Shown here piece after piece: positions 9,194 to 18,151 of a stretch of DNA of 64,000 nucleotides. Positions within the stretch are counted from its first letter, which is position 1. Each line of letters opens with the position of its first letter. The stretch is from a virus, in IMG/VR virus record IMGVR_UViG_3300030099_006995, positions 2,581 to 66,580 of that record; one strand, 5' to 3'. The position numbers were made by a program, and so were the translations under genes. Below the pieces are notes generated by a model. It did not search any database, was not told the origin of the DNA, and saw nothing but the letters and a program-made list of their open reading frames with translations.

Positions 9194-9477
9194 TGCAACG
9201 TCAAATTCTGATCATGGCGCTTCGAGCTGCGCCTGAACCTACTTGCCATTTGCTCAGCGAATGCGAGTCGATTCTTCGAAACGACGAACCAAACAGCCCC
9301 CTCGTGGGCTTGGTCGGAAGAGCGCTTGATCGCTGGGGTATCAGCAAGGAAGAACTCGCAACACGCAACCGGCTATGCATCGCAGACACAAACAGGTTCC
9401 TCATGACCGAACAGGCTCTGATGTCTCACAACGATTCAGAAATTTCATCCACGCCTTCATCGCTGAAACAGCCTTGA
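9193..9477 (+). CDS. hypothetical protein, possible DUF3288 paralogue
   Basis: ALDRWGISKEELATRNR resembles the C-terminal part of the preceding protein. Confidence 0.45.
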   Translation: MQRQILIMALRAAPEPTCHLLSECESILRNDEPNSPLVGLVGRALDRWGISKEELATRNRLCIADTNRFLMTEQALMSHNDSEISSTPSSLKQP

Positions 9478-9540
9478 CGCTGGGATTCATCTGGGGCCTA
9501 GCGTCTTTTATATGGCGCTATTTCTTCGCTGAATTCGTGA

Positions 9541-9771
9541 TTATTTTCGCCGTGATTGGCTGGTGCCTGCTTTCTCTAGAATCCGCAGCCGAGCTTCATG
9601 GTCGTGCTGGACTTGTTCTAGTGAGCGAATATCCTTTGTAACCTCATTACGAAGAAGTTGAATCTCTCTGAGAATCGACTCCATTCCTCGCTTCATGCTG
9701 CCTTGCGCAAATGCCATACGCCACAAGGCGCCACAAGCAGCAACCCCTAAAAAGGCGCTTACTTCAACCAT
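9541..9771 (-). CDS. small membrane-anchored coiled-coil protein
   Basis: N-terminal hydrophobic helix; DHEARLRILE coiled-coil end. Confidence 0.6.
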   Translation of the reverse strand: MVEVSAFLGVAACGALWRMAFAQGSMKRGMESILREIQLLRNEVTKDIRSLEQVQHDHEARLRILEKAGTSQSRRK

Positions 9772-9808
9772 TCATCAGCGCCTTCAAGAACTCAAATCAT
9801 CCTAGGAA

Positions 9809-10321
9809 ATGAATAGCCTCAAAGCTCCCAAAGCACCTAAGCACTGGGACCAGCGGTTCCTAGTGATCGCCAGTCATTTTGCAGGCTGGTCAAAAGATCC
9901 CAGCACCAAAGTTGGCGCTGTTGCTGTACGCAATCGACGCATCCTTGCCCAGGGCTATAACGGCCTGCCTGCCGGCGTTACTGATACTGATGCGCGTCTT
10001 AAAAATAGAGAGACGAGACTAGAGATGACAGTTCATGCTGAGATGAATTGCGTCGCCTACGCAGCACAAAACGGTGTCTCTTTGCTTGGCGCAACCATGT
10101 ATGTCTGGCCGTTAATGACGTGCTCGAGATGCGCATCAATGCTGATACAAGCAGGAATCAATAAGGTCGTAGTTCCTGACTACGTTGAGCCCCAGCGCTG
10201 GCAAGACAGCTTTGACTTGGCTCGTTCAATGTTCATCGAGGCTGGCGTATCAGTCGAGCGTATTCCGATGACAGGCCCTATCAATCCGATGGAAGAAGAC
10301 GATCAAGAGTTGCCCGTTTAA
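9809..10321 (+). CDS. dCMP deaminase
   Basis: SKDPSTKVGAV, GYNGLP, HAEMN and CSRC Zn motifs. Confidence 0.9.
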   Translation: MNSLKAPKAPKHWDQRFLVIASHFAGWSKDPSTKVGAVAVRNRRILAQGYNGLPAGVTDTDARLKNRETRLEMTVHAEMNCVAYAAQNGVSLLGATMYVWPLMTCSRCASMLIQAGINKVVVPDYVEPQRWQDSFDLARSMFIEAGVSVERIPMTGPINPMEEDDQELPV

Positions 10322-10365
10322 TAGGAGCCTCTACCGTGTCAGGCAAGGCGCATGACCTGGCGTAA

Positions 10366-10608
10366 ATGCTTCAGCTAAAGATCGGTCATCGAGTCTTCCA
10401 TAAGGCCACCGGCCAGGCAGGATTCGTGACTTCTGCAGCTACATCCACCGGCTGGAATCGTGGCTTAGTCACGGTGACACTGGAGGGCAGCACTCGCTCA
10501 GAGGATTGGCCTGTCTCTCAAACTCGCCTACGGACCGAAGCTGAACAGCTGACAATCCATGGCGGAGAGTTTGTACCACCCAAAGGTTTTCCGCTGAACC
10601 TCGAATGA
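10366..10608 (+). CDS. hypothetical protein (SH3-like beta fold possible)
   Basis: LKIGHRVFHKATGQAGFV. Confidence 0.55.
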   Translation: MLQLKIGHRVFHKATGQAGFVTSAATSTGWNRGLVTVTLEGSTRSEDWPVSQTRLRTEAEQLTIHGGEFVPPKGFPLNLE

Positions 10609-10898
10609 GCCTTAACAAGCGCAACACGAAACGACTCGTTGTCGGCGACACCGTCATCGAGACCAAGCATTTCACAGATCATTGCATCAGCAAGGATCAC
10701 CCCGACTTCCAAAAGGTGGCAAAGATTGTCCGCAATCGCCGTGTTGGCAAAGTCGTAGAGCTTGTCGAAAAGAAAGATTCACGCGGCCATGCGATTAACT
10801 ACGCAATGGTTCTTTGGAACGAGTACAACAGCCCGCGTTTGCACCATGTGATGCGGCTGCGACTCCTTGAAGATGCTCCAAAGGAACAGACTGCGTGA
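10605..10898 (+). CDS. hypothetical protein
   Basis: ATGA overlap with the previous gene. Confidence 0.6.
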   Translation: MSLNKRNTKRLVVGDTVIETKHFTDHCISKDHPDFQKVAKIVRNRRVGKVVELVEKKDSRGHAINYAMVLWNEYNSPRLHHVMRLRLLEDAPKEQTA

Positions 10899-10931
10899 CT
10901 GTGGATACATTGACTTAAATCCAGCGCAGTC

Positions 10932-11624
10932 ATGGCACAGTGGCCCATACCCCCTGACCTCCACAGCAAGATCGAGGGTGGGCCATTTTGTCCATTTCAC
11001 GAACACTCACTTGGCTCACGGGACGGACGTATTCCTCGGTACAACGACAGCCATGCCTGTGTTCGCTGTGTAAGCGCACTGACAGAAGGGCGCCTCAGCC
11101 TGGACGTTCACAAGATTCACAAGAACTACAGGCGCCGCTTTCTTGAGTTCTGGAGTTTTGTCGAGATAAGAGAACCAGACGAATGCTGGGAGTGGCACGG
11201 CAACACCCACTCGAAATCCAACAGCACTTACTTCGCTATGCCCAGGCACTGGAGTAGAGCGCGTCAATACTCAGCGCCTCGCGTTGCGTTTTGGTTCACC
11301 TGGGGTGATATTGGCAGGCTGCCTATCAAGCCTGTTTGCGGCAATAACCACTGCTGCAATCCTTTGCACTGGAGAGCCAAAGGCGTGCCTCACTATCACG
11401 TCAATCGGCACATGCAAAAGATCGACTTGGAGTTCAGCAGCAACAAGCTTCAGCACGAGACTCAACTCTTCTTGGAGACGACTCTTGAGCGTGATCCAAA
11501 ACGATTTGAGAAGCTGCAGAAGGCAAATAAGCTATGGATTGACTTCAGGCTGAACTCGGACAAGCCTGTGCAAATCGAAGACCTGATAAGAGCTGCGGCT
11601 AAGGAACAAGGCTTTAATTCCTAG
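10932..11624 (+). CDS. His-Me finger (HNH/Zn-binding loop) endonuclease-like protein
   Basis: DECWEWHG...SAPRVAF...CGNNHCCNPLH; N-terminal CPFHEH...CVRC Zn finger. Confidence 0.7.
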   Translation: MAQWPIPPDLHSKIEGGPFCPFHEHSLGSRDGRIPRYNDSHACVRCVSALTEGRLSLDVHKIHKNYRRRFLEFWSFVEIREPDECWEWHGNTHSKSNSTYFAMPRHWSRARQYSAPRVAFWFTWGDIGRLPIKPVCGNNHCCNPLHWRAKGVPHYHVNRHMQKIDLEFSSNKLQHETQLFLETTLERDPKRFEKLQKANKLWIDFRLNSDKPVQIEDLIRAAAKEQGFNS

Positions 11625-11653
11625 AATCACAACATCATTAGTAGTAGCGGCGA

Positions 11654-12457
11654 GTGTCTAATTTTGCTCTGACAGAGAAAGAACGCAATGCGTTGATGGA
11701 GCAGGTATATGGAGGGTACCAGAGGAACCCTACGTATACAGAGGCTGCTGGCGTAAGGGGCGATGACTCTGAATACGATCACGCTGATGCTGGAGGAATT
11801 GACTACTACGCTTATGGCGGCGACAAAAAAAATATTAGTGACTCATACGATCGTTACGAGGCTGGATTTGGTGAAAAGCACGGACACTATGGCAAAGACC
11901 ATCCAGTAGAGGGCTACACCTACGGAGATCGATGGCGCAACAAAGATACTTGGAAGAAAGTCGCAGACCATCTTGGGATCAAACAAGTTGACTCCAAAAA
12001 CGACCTGCGCCAAATGTACGACTTTGTACAGGGCTATCAAATGCAAAAGCCCCCGGCTGAGGTCGAGGACAAGGATGACGACACCACACCAGTCCTCACG
12101 CAGCCTGTTGAAGACAAACCTCAGGAAGTCCAGGATGCAGTCAACGATTATGAGAACAGCCAGCTATATAATCCTGAAAATCAACAGCCTAATTTCTCCG
12201 ACGTCATTGAGACAGATCTAGGGGGCAACCCAACCAGCAACCCCATGGTCGACGCCATTAAGCATGGCGATGATCTTAATAAGTGGTATCAAACAAAGTT
12301 TGTTCCACATCTAGAGAAAGAAGCTCATGCGACTGCGCACGAGATTGGTAATAGCTCCAGGTACTTTCTGGACAAGTTTGTATTCGAACCTCCTATGCTT
12401 GGTGACCCGAAAGAATTATTCGAGTACTACTCGGGCAAGATCAAAGACGACGATTGA
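11654..12457 (+). CDS. hypothetical protein (possibly virion-associated)
   Basis: 267 aa ORF preceded by TAGAAT at 11622. Confidence 0.6.
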   Translation: MSNFALTEKERNALMEQVYGGYQRNPTYTEAAGVRGDDSEYDHADAGGIDYYAYGGDKKNISDSYDRYEAGFGEKHGHYGKDHPVEGYTYGDRWRNKDTWKKVADHLGIKQVDSKNDLRQMYDFVQGYQMQKPPAEVEDKDDDTTPVLTQPVEDKPQEVQDAVNDYENSQLYNPENQQPNFSDVIETDLGGNPTSNPMVDAIKHGDDLNKWYQTKFVPHLEKEAHATAHEIGNSSRYFLDKFVFEPPMLGDPKELFEYYSGKIKDDD

Positions 12458-12535
12458 TCGGATTTAATTACTCGCATTAACATTCGCCTAACAGTCCGCA
12501 CATAATTCTTTGAAACGACACAGCACGCATAACGC

Positions 12536-13300
12536 GTGCCTGGTCTCTACGTTCCGAGCAGCCACACCAATTCATTGGAGATGCCCGGACCGCTGCCCTT
12601 GAGGGCCGTAACAGTCGAAGCAACAGTCATGCCGCAGCGCCTGGTCTATCTGGGCCTGCATGCTGACTACAGCGAGAACTTCTTCGAGGGTACAGATATT
12701 CCGGAAGATGAAGCCGGGAACATAGTTGTCAGCCGTTTACTCAAAGGCAACAAAGGTCACTGGGGTCCGCTCGAGCACCCAAGCCTCAGCCTGATGGTTC
12801 AGGCTGATCACAACACAATGATGCAACTGCGAACTCACAGGGTTGGTTGCACATTTGACTATCAGTCAATGCGATACACAGGCGAGCGAATCCGCAAGGT
12901 CGCCCGAGGTGAGCTGCTGCCTGAAGATGTTTTCTATGTCCGTCCCCCAGGAACCTACTGGGACCGACAAGGGGACAAATACACCTGGACTCAACAACAA
13001 GCAGAAAACCAGTTGGCCATGTGTTTGTCGTCAGCAATTGACTATGACAACCTCCGCAAAGAAGGAGCTTCCGAAGAGCACGCACGATCAGTGCTCTGTA
13101 CTGGATACCTTCAACATGGACTGATTACAGGTTCATTGCGTTTCTGGTTACACCTTCTCGATGTAAGGGCAAAGGCTGACGCTCAGCTTGAAGTCAGGCA
13201 AATCATGCAGGGCATCCAAGTTGAAGTGCAGAAGTGGGTTCCCGAAATCTGGGAGTGGTATCACGCGCATCGTTTTGAAAAAGCTCAACTGGCACCTTGA
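12536..13300 (+). CDS. thyX: FAD-dependent thymidylate synthase
   Basis: GHWGPLEH, QLRTHRVG..FDYQSMRYT, EHARSVL, R....AQLEVR; true start may be downstream. Confidence 0.92.
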   Translation: MPGLYVPSSHTNSLEMPGPLPLRAVTVEATVMPQRLVYLGLHADYSENFFEGTDIPEDEAGNIVVSRLLKGNKGHWGPLEHPSLSLMVQADHNTMMQLRTHRVGCTFDYQSMRYTGERIRKVARGELLPEDVFYVRPPGTYWDRQGDKYTWTQQQAENQLAMCLSSAIDYDNLRKEGASEEHARSVLCTGYLQHGLITGSLRFWLHLLDVRAKADAQLEVRQIMQGIQVEVQKWVPEIWEWYHAHRFEKAQLAP

Positions 13301-13301
13301 T

Positions 13302-13574
13302 ATGACTCATTCCGATTTAGACGCTCTCGATAACTCCCTCGATGACCTTATCGGAGAGTTAATCGAGATCAGCTCATTCGAGAAAGACGTTGTCGATCGC
13401 GAGGATCTTGCAACCATGCTGATCGCTGCTTACGGCGAACTCAGCAAGTTCAATGACTCGCTGCTCGAGGACGATCGCTACGACGAGCTACGAGGCATGG
13501 GCAAGCTTTGCGAGCTCATGATCGACAGCCTCATTAAACGTTTTGACGAATTCATGCCCACAGATTATGTCTAG
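13302..13574 (+). CDS. hypothetical acidic protein
   Basis: ATG directly after the thyX stop. Confidence 0.6.
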   Translation: MTHSDLDALDNSLDDLIGELIEISSFEKDVVDREDLATMLIAAYGELSKFNDSLLEDDRYDELRGMGKLCELMIDSLIKRFDEFMPTDYV

Positions 13575-14010
13575 ACCTACCCGCATCGAAATGGTTGCTC
13601 AATTCTTCCCAGAGCTTCGGGAAGGATCAACCAAAGCAGACCGAGAGGCTGCCATCCAGTACAACCTGCTTGCATGTGAAGTCGTCATGGCTGATCTGCT
13701 GCAGAAGTATGACCGTGAATTTGAAAAGTACGGTCCTGGCGTTCTCTGCATGCGCCTCAACAAGGGAGCCCGTAAGAGCGAATACTTGACTGAACAGGAA
13801 GTTCAGACTGATTATGACTTAGCAGTCAGTGACGGGCTTAAGGAGCTGCAGACCCAGCTCAAAGGAGTCCTTGATGCCATTAAAGGGTCAAACGTCAACC
13901 AGTGCGGCTTGATCATGCGCGTCGATAACTCTGGATTGGGGGTAATGCGAATCCCTCGGGACAACCCAGTATCAGCCCTCAAGGCAATGATGGAGGAAAT
14001 CACTAGGTGA
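13567..14010 (+). CDS. hypothetical protein
   Basis: ORF overlapping the previous gene. Confidence 0.6.
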   Translation: MSRPTRIEMVAQFFPELREGSTKADREAAIQYNLLACEVVMADLLQKYDREFEKYGPGVLCMRLNKGARKSEYLTEQEVQTDYDLAVSDGLKELQTQLKGVLDAIKGSNVNQCGLIMRVDNSGLGVMRIPRDNPVSALKAMMEEITR

Positions 14011-14160
14011 GAAATTTCTTCAGGATCGAAATTTTCATCGGTTTTATTTGCGGGGCGATCTTCGCCATCTTCAGCGAATTCATGTTTGGTATCCCAGCAC
14101 GGGTGCCCGTTTTCGTTGATTACTCGATCCCAATCCAATACGAGATCCACGAGCATCACC

Positions 14161-14778
14161 ATGGCTACGGAGCATAGGGTTCACCTTGCGCCTCCGCCGC
14201 GCCTGGTCGATGCAGCCAAGGCAGTCATGGGCGCAATTGATTTTGATCCCTGGTCATCACCAGAGATCAACAAGCTGGTCATGGCTGCCAAGTTCTACGA
14301 CCGAGAAAAACTAGATCTCGATACTGTTCTCGCCAAAGAATGGGATGTCCCTGGAGAGAAAAGGGTTTTTGTCGCCCCGGCCCATGGCGCTCAATGGACT
14401 AGACGCCTTGCAAATAAAGCTCTGCGTGAATATCGCAAGGGAAGGATTGATCAAGCCCTGCTTTGGATTTCGCATAACGAGAGCCTGACCAAGCTTCCAT
14501 GGATGTGGGAGTACCCAGTTTGCATCCCATTCCGTCGCCTTAGGCCCTGCTACTACGACGATGAACTAGAAACATTTCGCCAGGTCAGCCCATCCAGTTG
14601 GTCTGCAGTGGTCTATCTTCCGCCGACCGATCCGCAGATGTTTCATGCCAGACTCTCGCGTTTCCACAACACCTTTTTCCCGACCGGCCCAGTCATATTT
14701 AATGAGATGAGTGGCCAGAATGAATGGGAGAAAGCCTACGAGGTGGGCATGAAAAAGCGATACAACTATCACGATTGA
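14161..14778 (+). CDS. phage N6-adenine DNA methyltransferase-like protein (catalytic motif degenerate)
   Basis: VMGAIDFDPWSS, VFVAPAHG (normally NPPY), PVCIPFRRL, SAVVYLPP. Confidence 0.65.
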   Translation: MATEHRVHLAPPPRLVDAAKAVMGAIDFDPWSSPEINKLVMAAKFYDREKLDLDTVLAKEWDVPGEKRVFVAPAHGAQWTRRLANKALREYRKGRIDQALLWISHNESLTKLPWMWEYPVCIPFRRLRPCYYDDELETFRQVSPSSWSAVVYLPPTDPQMFHARLSRFHNTFFPTGPVIFNEMSGQNEWEKAYEVGMKKRYNYHD

Positions 14779-15206
14779 TGCAACTACCTTTCTCCCAGGA
14801 AGAACTCGATGAATTCGTCACCCCTGAGGGAGAGGTTTTCTATTCGTTCAGGTCCATTGTTTATGACTCATGGCTGATCTGGAGTGATGCTCTGCCAGAT
14901 GTCCAAGACCAACGCCAAGGGCTAACTCAAGACACTTATGACAATATCATTTGCTTGGCTGATTCACTCCACGGGTTTCATCAGTCGCTACCTGACTACC
15001 GATCCCTACGTGAAACCCCGTTCCGAGTCACACGATGGTGGGATCCCACTGAACGTGACGAACGATGGAATGAGGGACGTGCGGCTCTGTTCTCCATCAA
15101 GGAGTACACCGCCACCGATCTAGTCCGCATGATTCAGAAGAAAACAGATCTTGCGGTCAGACCTGTATCCAAGAGATACGTCGAAGCCTATTTGCCTGAT
15201 GAGTGA
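14778..15206 (+). CDS. hypothetical protein, degenerate peptidase M15A-like fold
   Basis: NIICLA..L...PFRVTRWWDP...EGRAALF aligns with M15A P-x-x-VTS-x-YRP...GxAxD but lacks Zn ligands. Confidence 0.4.
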   Translation: MQLPFSQEELDEFVTPEGEVFYSFRSIVYDSWLIWSDALPDVQDQRQGLTQDTYDNIICLADSLHGFHQSLPDYRSLRETPFRVTRWWDPTERDERWNEGRAALFSIKEYTATDLVRMIQKKTDLAVRPVSKRYVEAYLPDE

Positions 15207-15435
15207 TCTCTACTGGATCTATAGCTTCTTGCAAGCGTTTTTTAGCACTGTGATTGTTGGCTGCTCACAGCCCACAAATTTTGAACATTGCTTCCCAGTG
15301 CACAAGTGGTTTGTTCCCTGGGTGCATGATGCGATCCACCTTGTAGAAGATGGCGCCTATCACAACGAACGAAAGTACTTAGAAGAACTTGAGGAACGCA
15401 AGTACTTAGAAGAACTTGACAAGTCACATCAGTGA
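15199..15435 (+). CDS. hypothetical protein with in-frame 27-bp tandem duplication
   Basis: ERKYLEELE/ERKYLEELD encoded at 15367-15420. Confidence 0.55.
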   Translation: MSDLYWIYSFLQAFFSTVIVGCSQPTNFEHCFPVHKWFVPWVHDAIHLVEDGAYHNERKYLEELEERKYLEELDKSHQ

Positions 15436-15795
15436 CTCTTCTTCTCCTAAGCCAAACTGAGCGTCAATCATCCGCTGGCGCTCATCAGGATCATATTGCC
15501 TAGCAATAAATCCTTCTCTCTTAGCTCCGAACCGACCGGTGCCCTCTTCGTCAAAGACTCTCCTCAGGTCCCTCTGCCTCGTCTGTCGTTGCTGAATTGT
15601 GCGCATGCCGGCGTCTGTCCTTGAGTTGTCCAGACTCTTGCGGCCCCCGGTGCTGCCACCGTAGTTTTCGGACTGCCTACGAACCTTATTGATATTGGAA
15701 ACATATCGACGCACTAAATCATCAGCCTTCTTTGAGGCTGAATTACTTGCGCGAGTTCCGTCATAGAACCGCATACCCGAATATCGCCTATCCAT
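15424..15795 (-). CDS. hypothetical basic protein
   Basis: 123 aa ATG ORF, Arg-rich. Confidence 0.55.
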   Translation of the reverse strand: MDRRYSGMRFYDGTRASNSASKKADDLVRRYVSNINKVRRQSENYGGSTGGRKSLDNSRTDAGMRTIQQRQTRQRDLRRVFDEEGTGRFGAKREGFIARQYDPDERQRMIDAQFGLGEEESLM

Positions 15796-15845
15796 CCACT
15801 CTTATTGGCCAGCCCATCTATCCTAGTTCTAATGGCAAAATAGCT

Positions 15846-16256
15846 TTGGCGAAGACACGCTTCGACCTCGTTCCCTTTGCAGCAGTGGGAGAGATCGCGG
15901 ACGTTCTTGCCTATGGCGCTGATAAATACGAAGCCAATAATTGGGCACGCGGAACCAACTGGGGCCGATACTTCGCAGCACTTTGCCGGCATATCTTTGC
16001 CTGGTGGGGTGGCGAAGACAAGGATCCCGAGACTGGCTTCAGCCATCTGGCACATGCTGGATGCTGCCTGCTTTTCCTGATGGAATATCAGCGCAATGGC
16101 TACGGCACAGATGACCGATTCACTGGGCCTGATGGCTCAACCTTCACCAAGCACGACGGCATCGACACCCAGGTTTGCGACCCCACCGGATGCCGCACCG
16201 TAAAGCTCAGCCCGCGTGAGCTCTACGACGACGACGACGGTTACTGCGATATTTAG
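15846..16256 (+). CDS. dATP/dGTP diphosphohydrolase domain protein (DUF5664)
   Basis: KTRFDLVP...VLAYGADKY..NNW..G...RH...W..GED.DPETG.SHLAHA; start uncertain (TTG 15846). Confidence 0.85.
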   Translation: MAKTRFDLVPFAAVGEIADVLAYGADKYEANNWARGTNWGRYFAALCRHIFAWWGGEDKDPETGFSHLAHAGCCLLFLMEYQRNGYGTDDRFTGPDGSTFTKHDGIDTQVCDPTGCRTVKLSPRELYDDDDGYCDI

Positions 16257-16651
16257 CCTTCCAGACCGAACTGGTTGTTGAGAGCAGACATGCGCTCACT
16301 CAGCGAGGCCAGTTGATCATTGATCTTTTGGTTCATCGTCGCAGAAGTTTCTGAACGATCACCAAAGGCAGCAGCTTGACGCGCCTGAAGTTGCTGAGCC
16401 TGCTGAACTTGCAGTCGCTGAGCTTCTTTCTGTGCCTCGATCTGCGCGACTTGCTGAAAGGCTCCTTGCACTTCAGCACGGCTGATCAGTTCAGGCAGTG
16501 CCTGCTCGATTAGATCGACTCTCTTGCTGAGCTTGCCGCTCCTAATCGCTACAGCAAGACCCTGGCCAGAGAGGACTCCGATCAGGGCAGCCAATGCACC
16601 AATCGCTACGGATCCCATGAAATGCAAATGCACTTCTGGGAATGTATCCAC
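16253..16651 (-). CDS. membrane-anchored coiled-coil protein
   Basis: N-terminal TM helix followed by Q-rich coiled coil. Confidence 0.6.
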   Translation of the reverse strand: MDTFPEVHLHFMGSVAIGALAALIGVLSGQGLAVAIRSGKLSKRVDLIEQALPELISRAEVQGAFQQVAQIEAQKEAQRLQVQQAQQLQARQAAAFGDRSETSATMNQKINDQLASLSERMSALNNQFGLEG

Positions 16652-17251
16652 TCAGCGGAAAAATAGCTTTGTGAGGTTTTTCATCGCAATATCCAGAGGT
16701 CCGTCTTCACCGGTTATTTGAGATGCCATTCGTGTGCGAGTAGGAGTCACGTCAGACGAGTTCTCTACCGGGGGCGGAGTCGTAGGCCCTCCGCTCATTT
16801 GCGTCGTGTCACCAAGAGACTGCCCAAGCCCTGCCTCAATCGTTGCTTTGCCTGTCCTGTAAAGATCGCCGCCAGGCAACATTCGCTTGGCAGCTGCATC
16901 TGAGTTGGTACCGAAGCTATCAGTTCCTGACTGGTATGGATTGCCTACGAGGACTGTTCTATACAGAGCAGTTGCATCGTGCTTGCCCGGTGTAAATCCC
17001 CGTTGAAGAAAATACCTCTCTACATATGGCATTTGCTGTGCGATGGTCATCGGCCCGTCCGGCAAGCCAACTTCTTTCCTTGCTCCTGGGCCGAATTGGA
17101 TGAGCCCCCTGTAATTGTTACCAGCCCCGCCAATAACGTTTGGGTCGAACCCCGACTCAAGCTGGATCAGCCCACCGAAAGTGCCAGGGTCAACTTGCAG
17201 CCTGTTAGCCGTGCTGACAATCGCCTGCGCGTCTTCTCTACTAATGTTCAT
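16652..17251 (-). CDS. lytic transglycosylase (SLT/lysozyme-like)
   Basis: LIQLESGFDP...YRGLIQFGP catalytic ES and GLxQ motifs. Confidence 0.8.
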   Translation of the reverse strand: MNISREDAQAIVSTANRLQVDPGTFGGLIQLESGFDPNVIGGAGNNYRGLIQFGPGARKEVGLPDGPMTIAQQMPYVERYFLQRGFTPGKHDATALYRTVLVGNPYQSGTDSFGTNSDAAAKRMLPGGDLYRTGKATIEAGLGQSLGDTTQMSGGPTTPPPVENSSDVTPTRTRMASQITGEDGPLDIAMKNLTKLFFR

Positions 17252-17582
17252 CCGTACCTAAAACAATTTCGTCCATATCTATCTCCATTGTCGCATTTTC
17301 GTAGAGCGACTTCATGTAATCAATCGTCTCTTCTTCTGTCGGCTCATAGCCAAAGATCTGTTCCAGATCTTCTAGGCTTTCCGGTGCTGCAGGAGATCGA
17401 GCTTCATCCAGCCTGAAGGACAGCCCAGCCTCCCGACTGAACTGCAGGAATGTTGCTTTCAACTGAAAGCGAACTTCCCAAGACGCCAGTAAGGCTTCGA
17501 TGAGTTCCTCCCGATCGAGTTCCTGTGCCTCGAGCTCTACTCGTCGAAGGATGAACTGCTGCTCTTCCGTCAGTCTCTCCAT
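17241..17582 (-). CDS. nblA: NblA-like phycobilisome degradation protein with acidic C-terminal extension
   Basis: LTEEQQFILRRVELEAQELDREELIEALL matches NblA L-T/S-x-EQQF...Q-x-x-x-RE. Confidence 0.65.
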   Translation of the reverse strand: MERLTEEQQFILRRVELEAQELDREELIEALLASWEVRFQLKATFLQFSREAGLSFRLDEARSPAAPESLEDLEQIFGYEPTEEETIDYMKSLYENATMEIDMDEIVLGTDEH

Positions 17583-17955
17583 AACACGCCTCTCCAATAG
17601 TCCAGTGAGTAGCAGCGGGTTGAATCCACGCGGCTATTTTTTTCGCACGCTCGGGACAGAAAAAGTCAGTTCTCTCCCACCAATCTAGATAGTTCCGGAC
17701 AGACCCTTTATCGTGATTACACCTTTTACAGGCAGGAACCATGTTCTGCCTGGCCCAGCGATCACCACCCCATCGCCTGGGAATTACATGATCAAGGGTC
17801 ATCTCTAATAAATCCCCTTGTTCATCGTGTGATCTACCGCAGTATGCGCAACATCCCCATTCGTCTTTAATGCTTTGCCTGAAGCGCCGAACCGCTGCTC
17901 GTGGCTGAAGGTCGGCAAGAGTGATTAGATACCACTCAGGATGCTCCGGCGTCAT
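17404..17955 (-). CDS. HNH endonuclease
   Basis: CAYCG...TLDHVIPRRWGG...NMVPACKRCNHDKG. Confidence 0.85.
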   Translation of the reverse strand: MTPEHPEWYLITLADLQPRAAVRRFRQSIKDEWGCCAYCGRSHDEQGDLLEMTLDHVIPRRWGGDRWARQNMVPACKRCNHDKGSVRNYLDWWERTDFFCPERAKKIAAWIQPAATHWTIGEACYGETDGRAAVHPSTSRARGTGTRSGGTHRSLTGVLGSSLSVESNIPAVQSGGWAVLQAG

Positions 17956-17986
17956 AAGCCATCTTCAGTTTGAAGACACGCTAATT

Positions 17987-18115
17987 ACGTTCGGTAGGGA
18001 ACAAAAACGTCAAGCTCCGGCTCTTTCTTAGCCTTGGAGCTTGTGATGAATTCTGCGAGGCGGCCGTACGCAAGCGCCTCGAGAGCCGGCTCACTTCGCT
18101 AAAAAGGCCGACGCC
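17987..18115 (-). ncRNA. candidate structured RNA or 5' leader (four hairpins, possible loop-loop pairing)
   Basis: Hairpins at 18085-18112, 18057-18080, 18011-18043 and 17987-18010, downstream of a sigma70-like promoter. Confidence 0.45.
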
Positions 18116-18118
18116 GGA

Positions 18119-18147
18119 ACAATAGCCCTGAGTCGGGCGAAATGCAA
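18119..18147 (-). promoter_or_regulatory. sigma70-type promoter
   Basis: TTGCAT-17 nt-TATTGT on the minus strand. Confidence 0.55.
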
Positions 18148-18151
18148 GACA

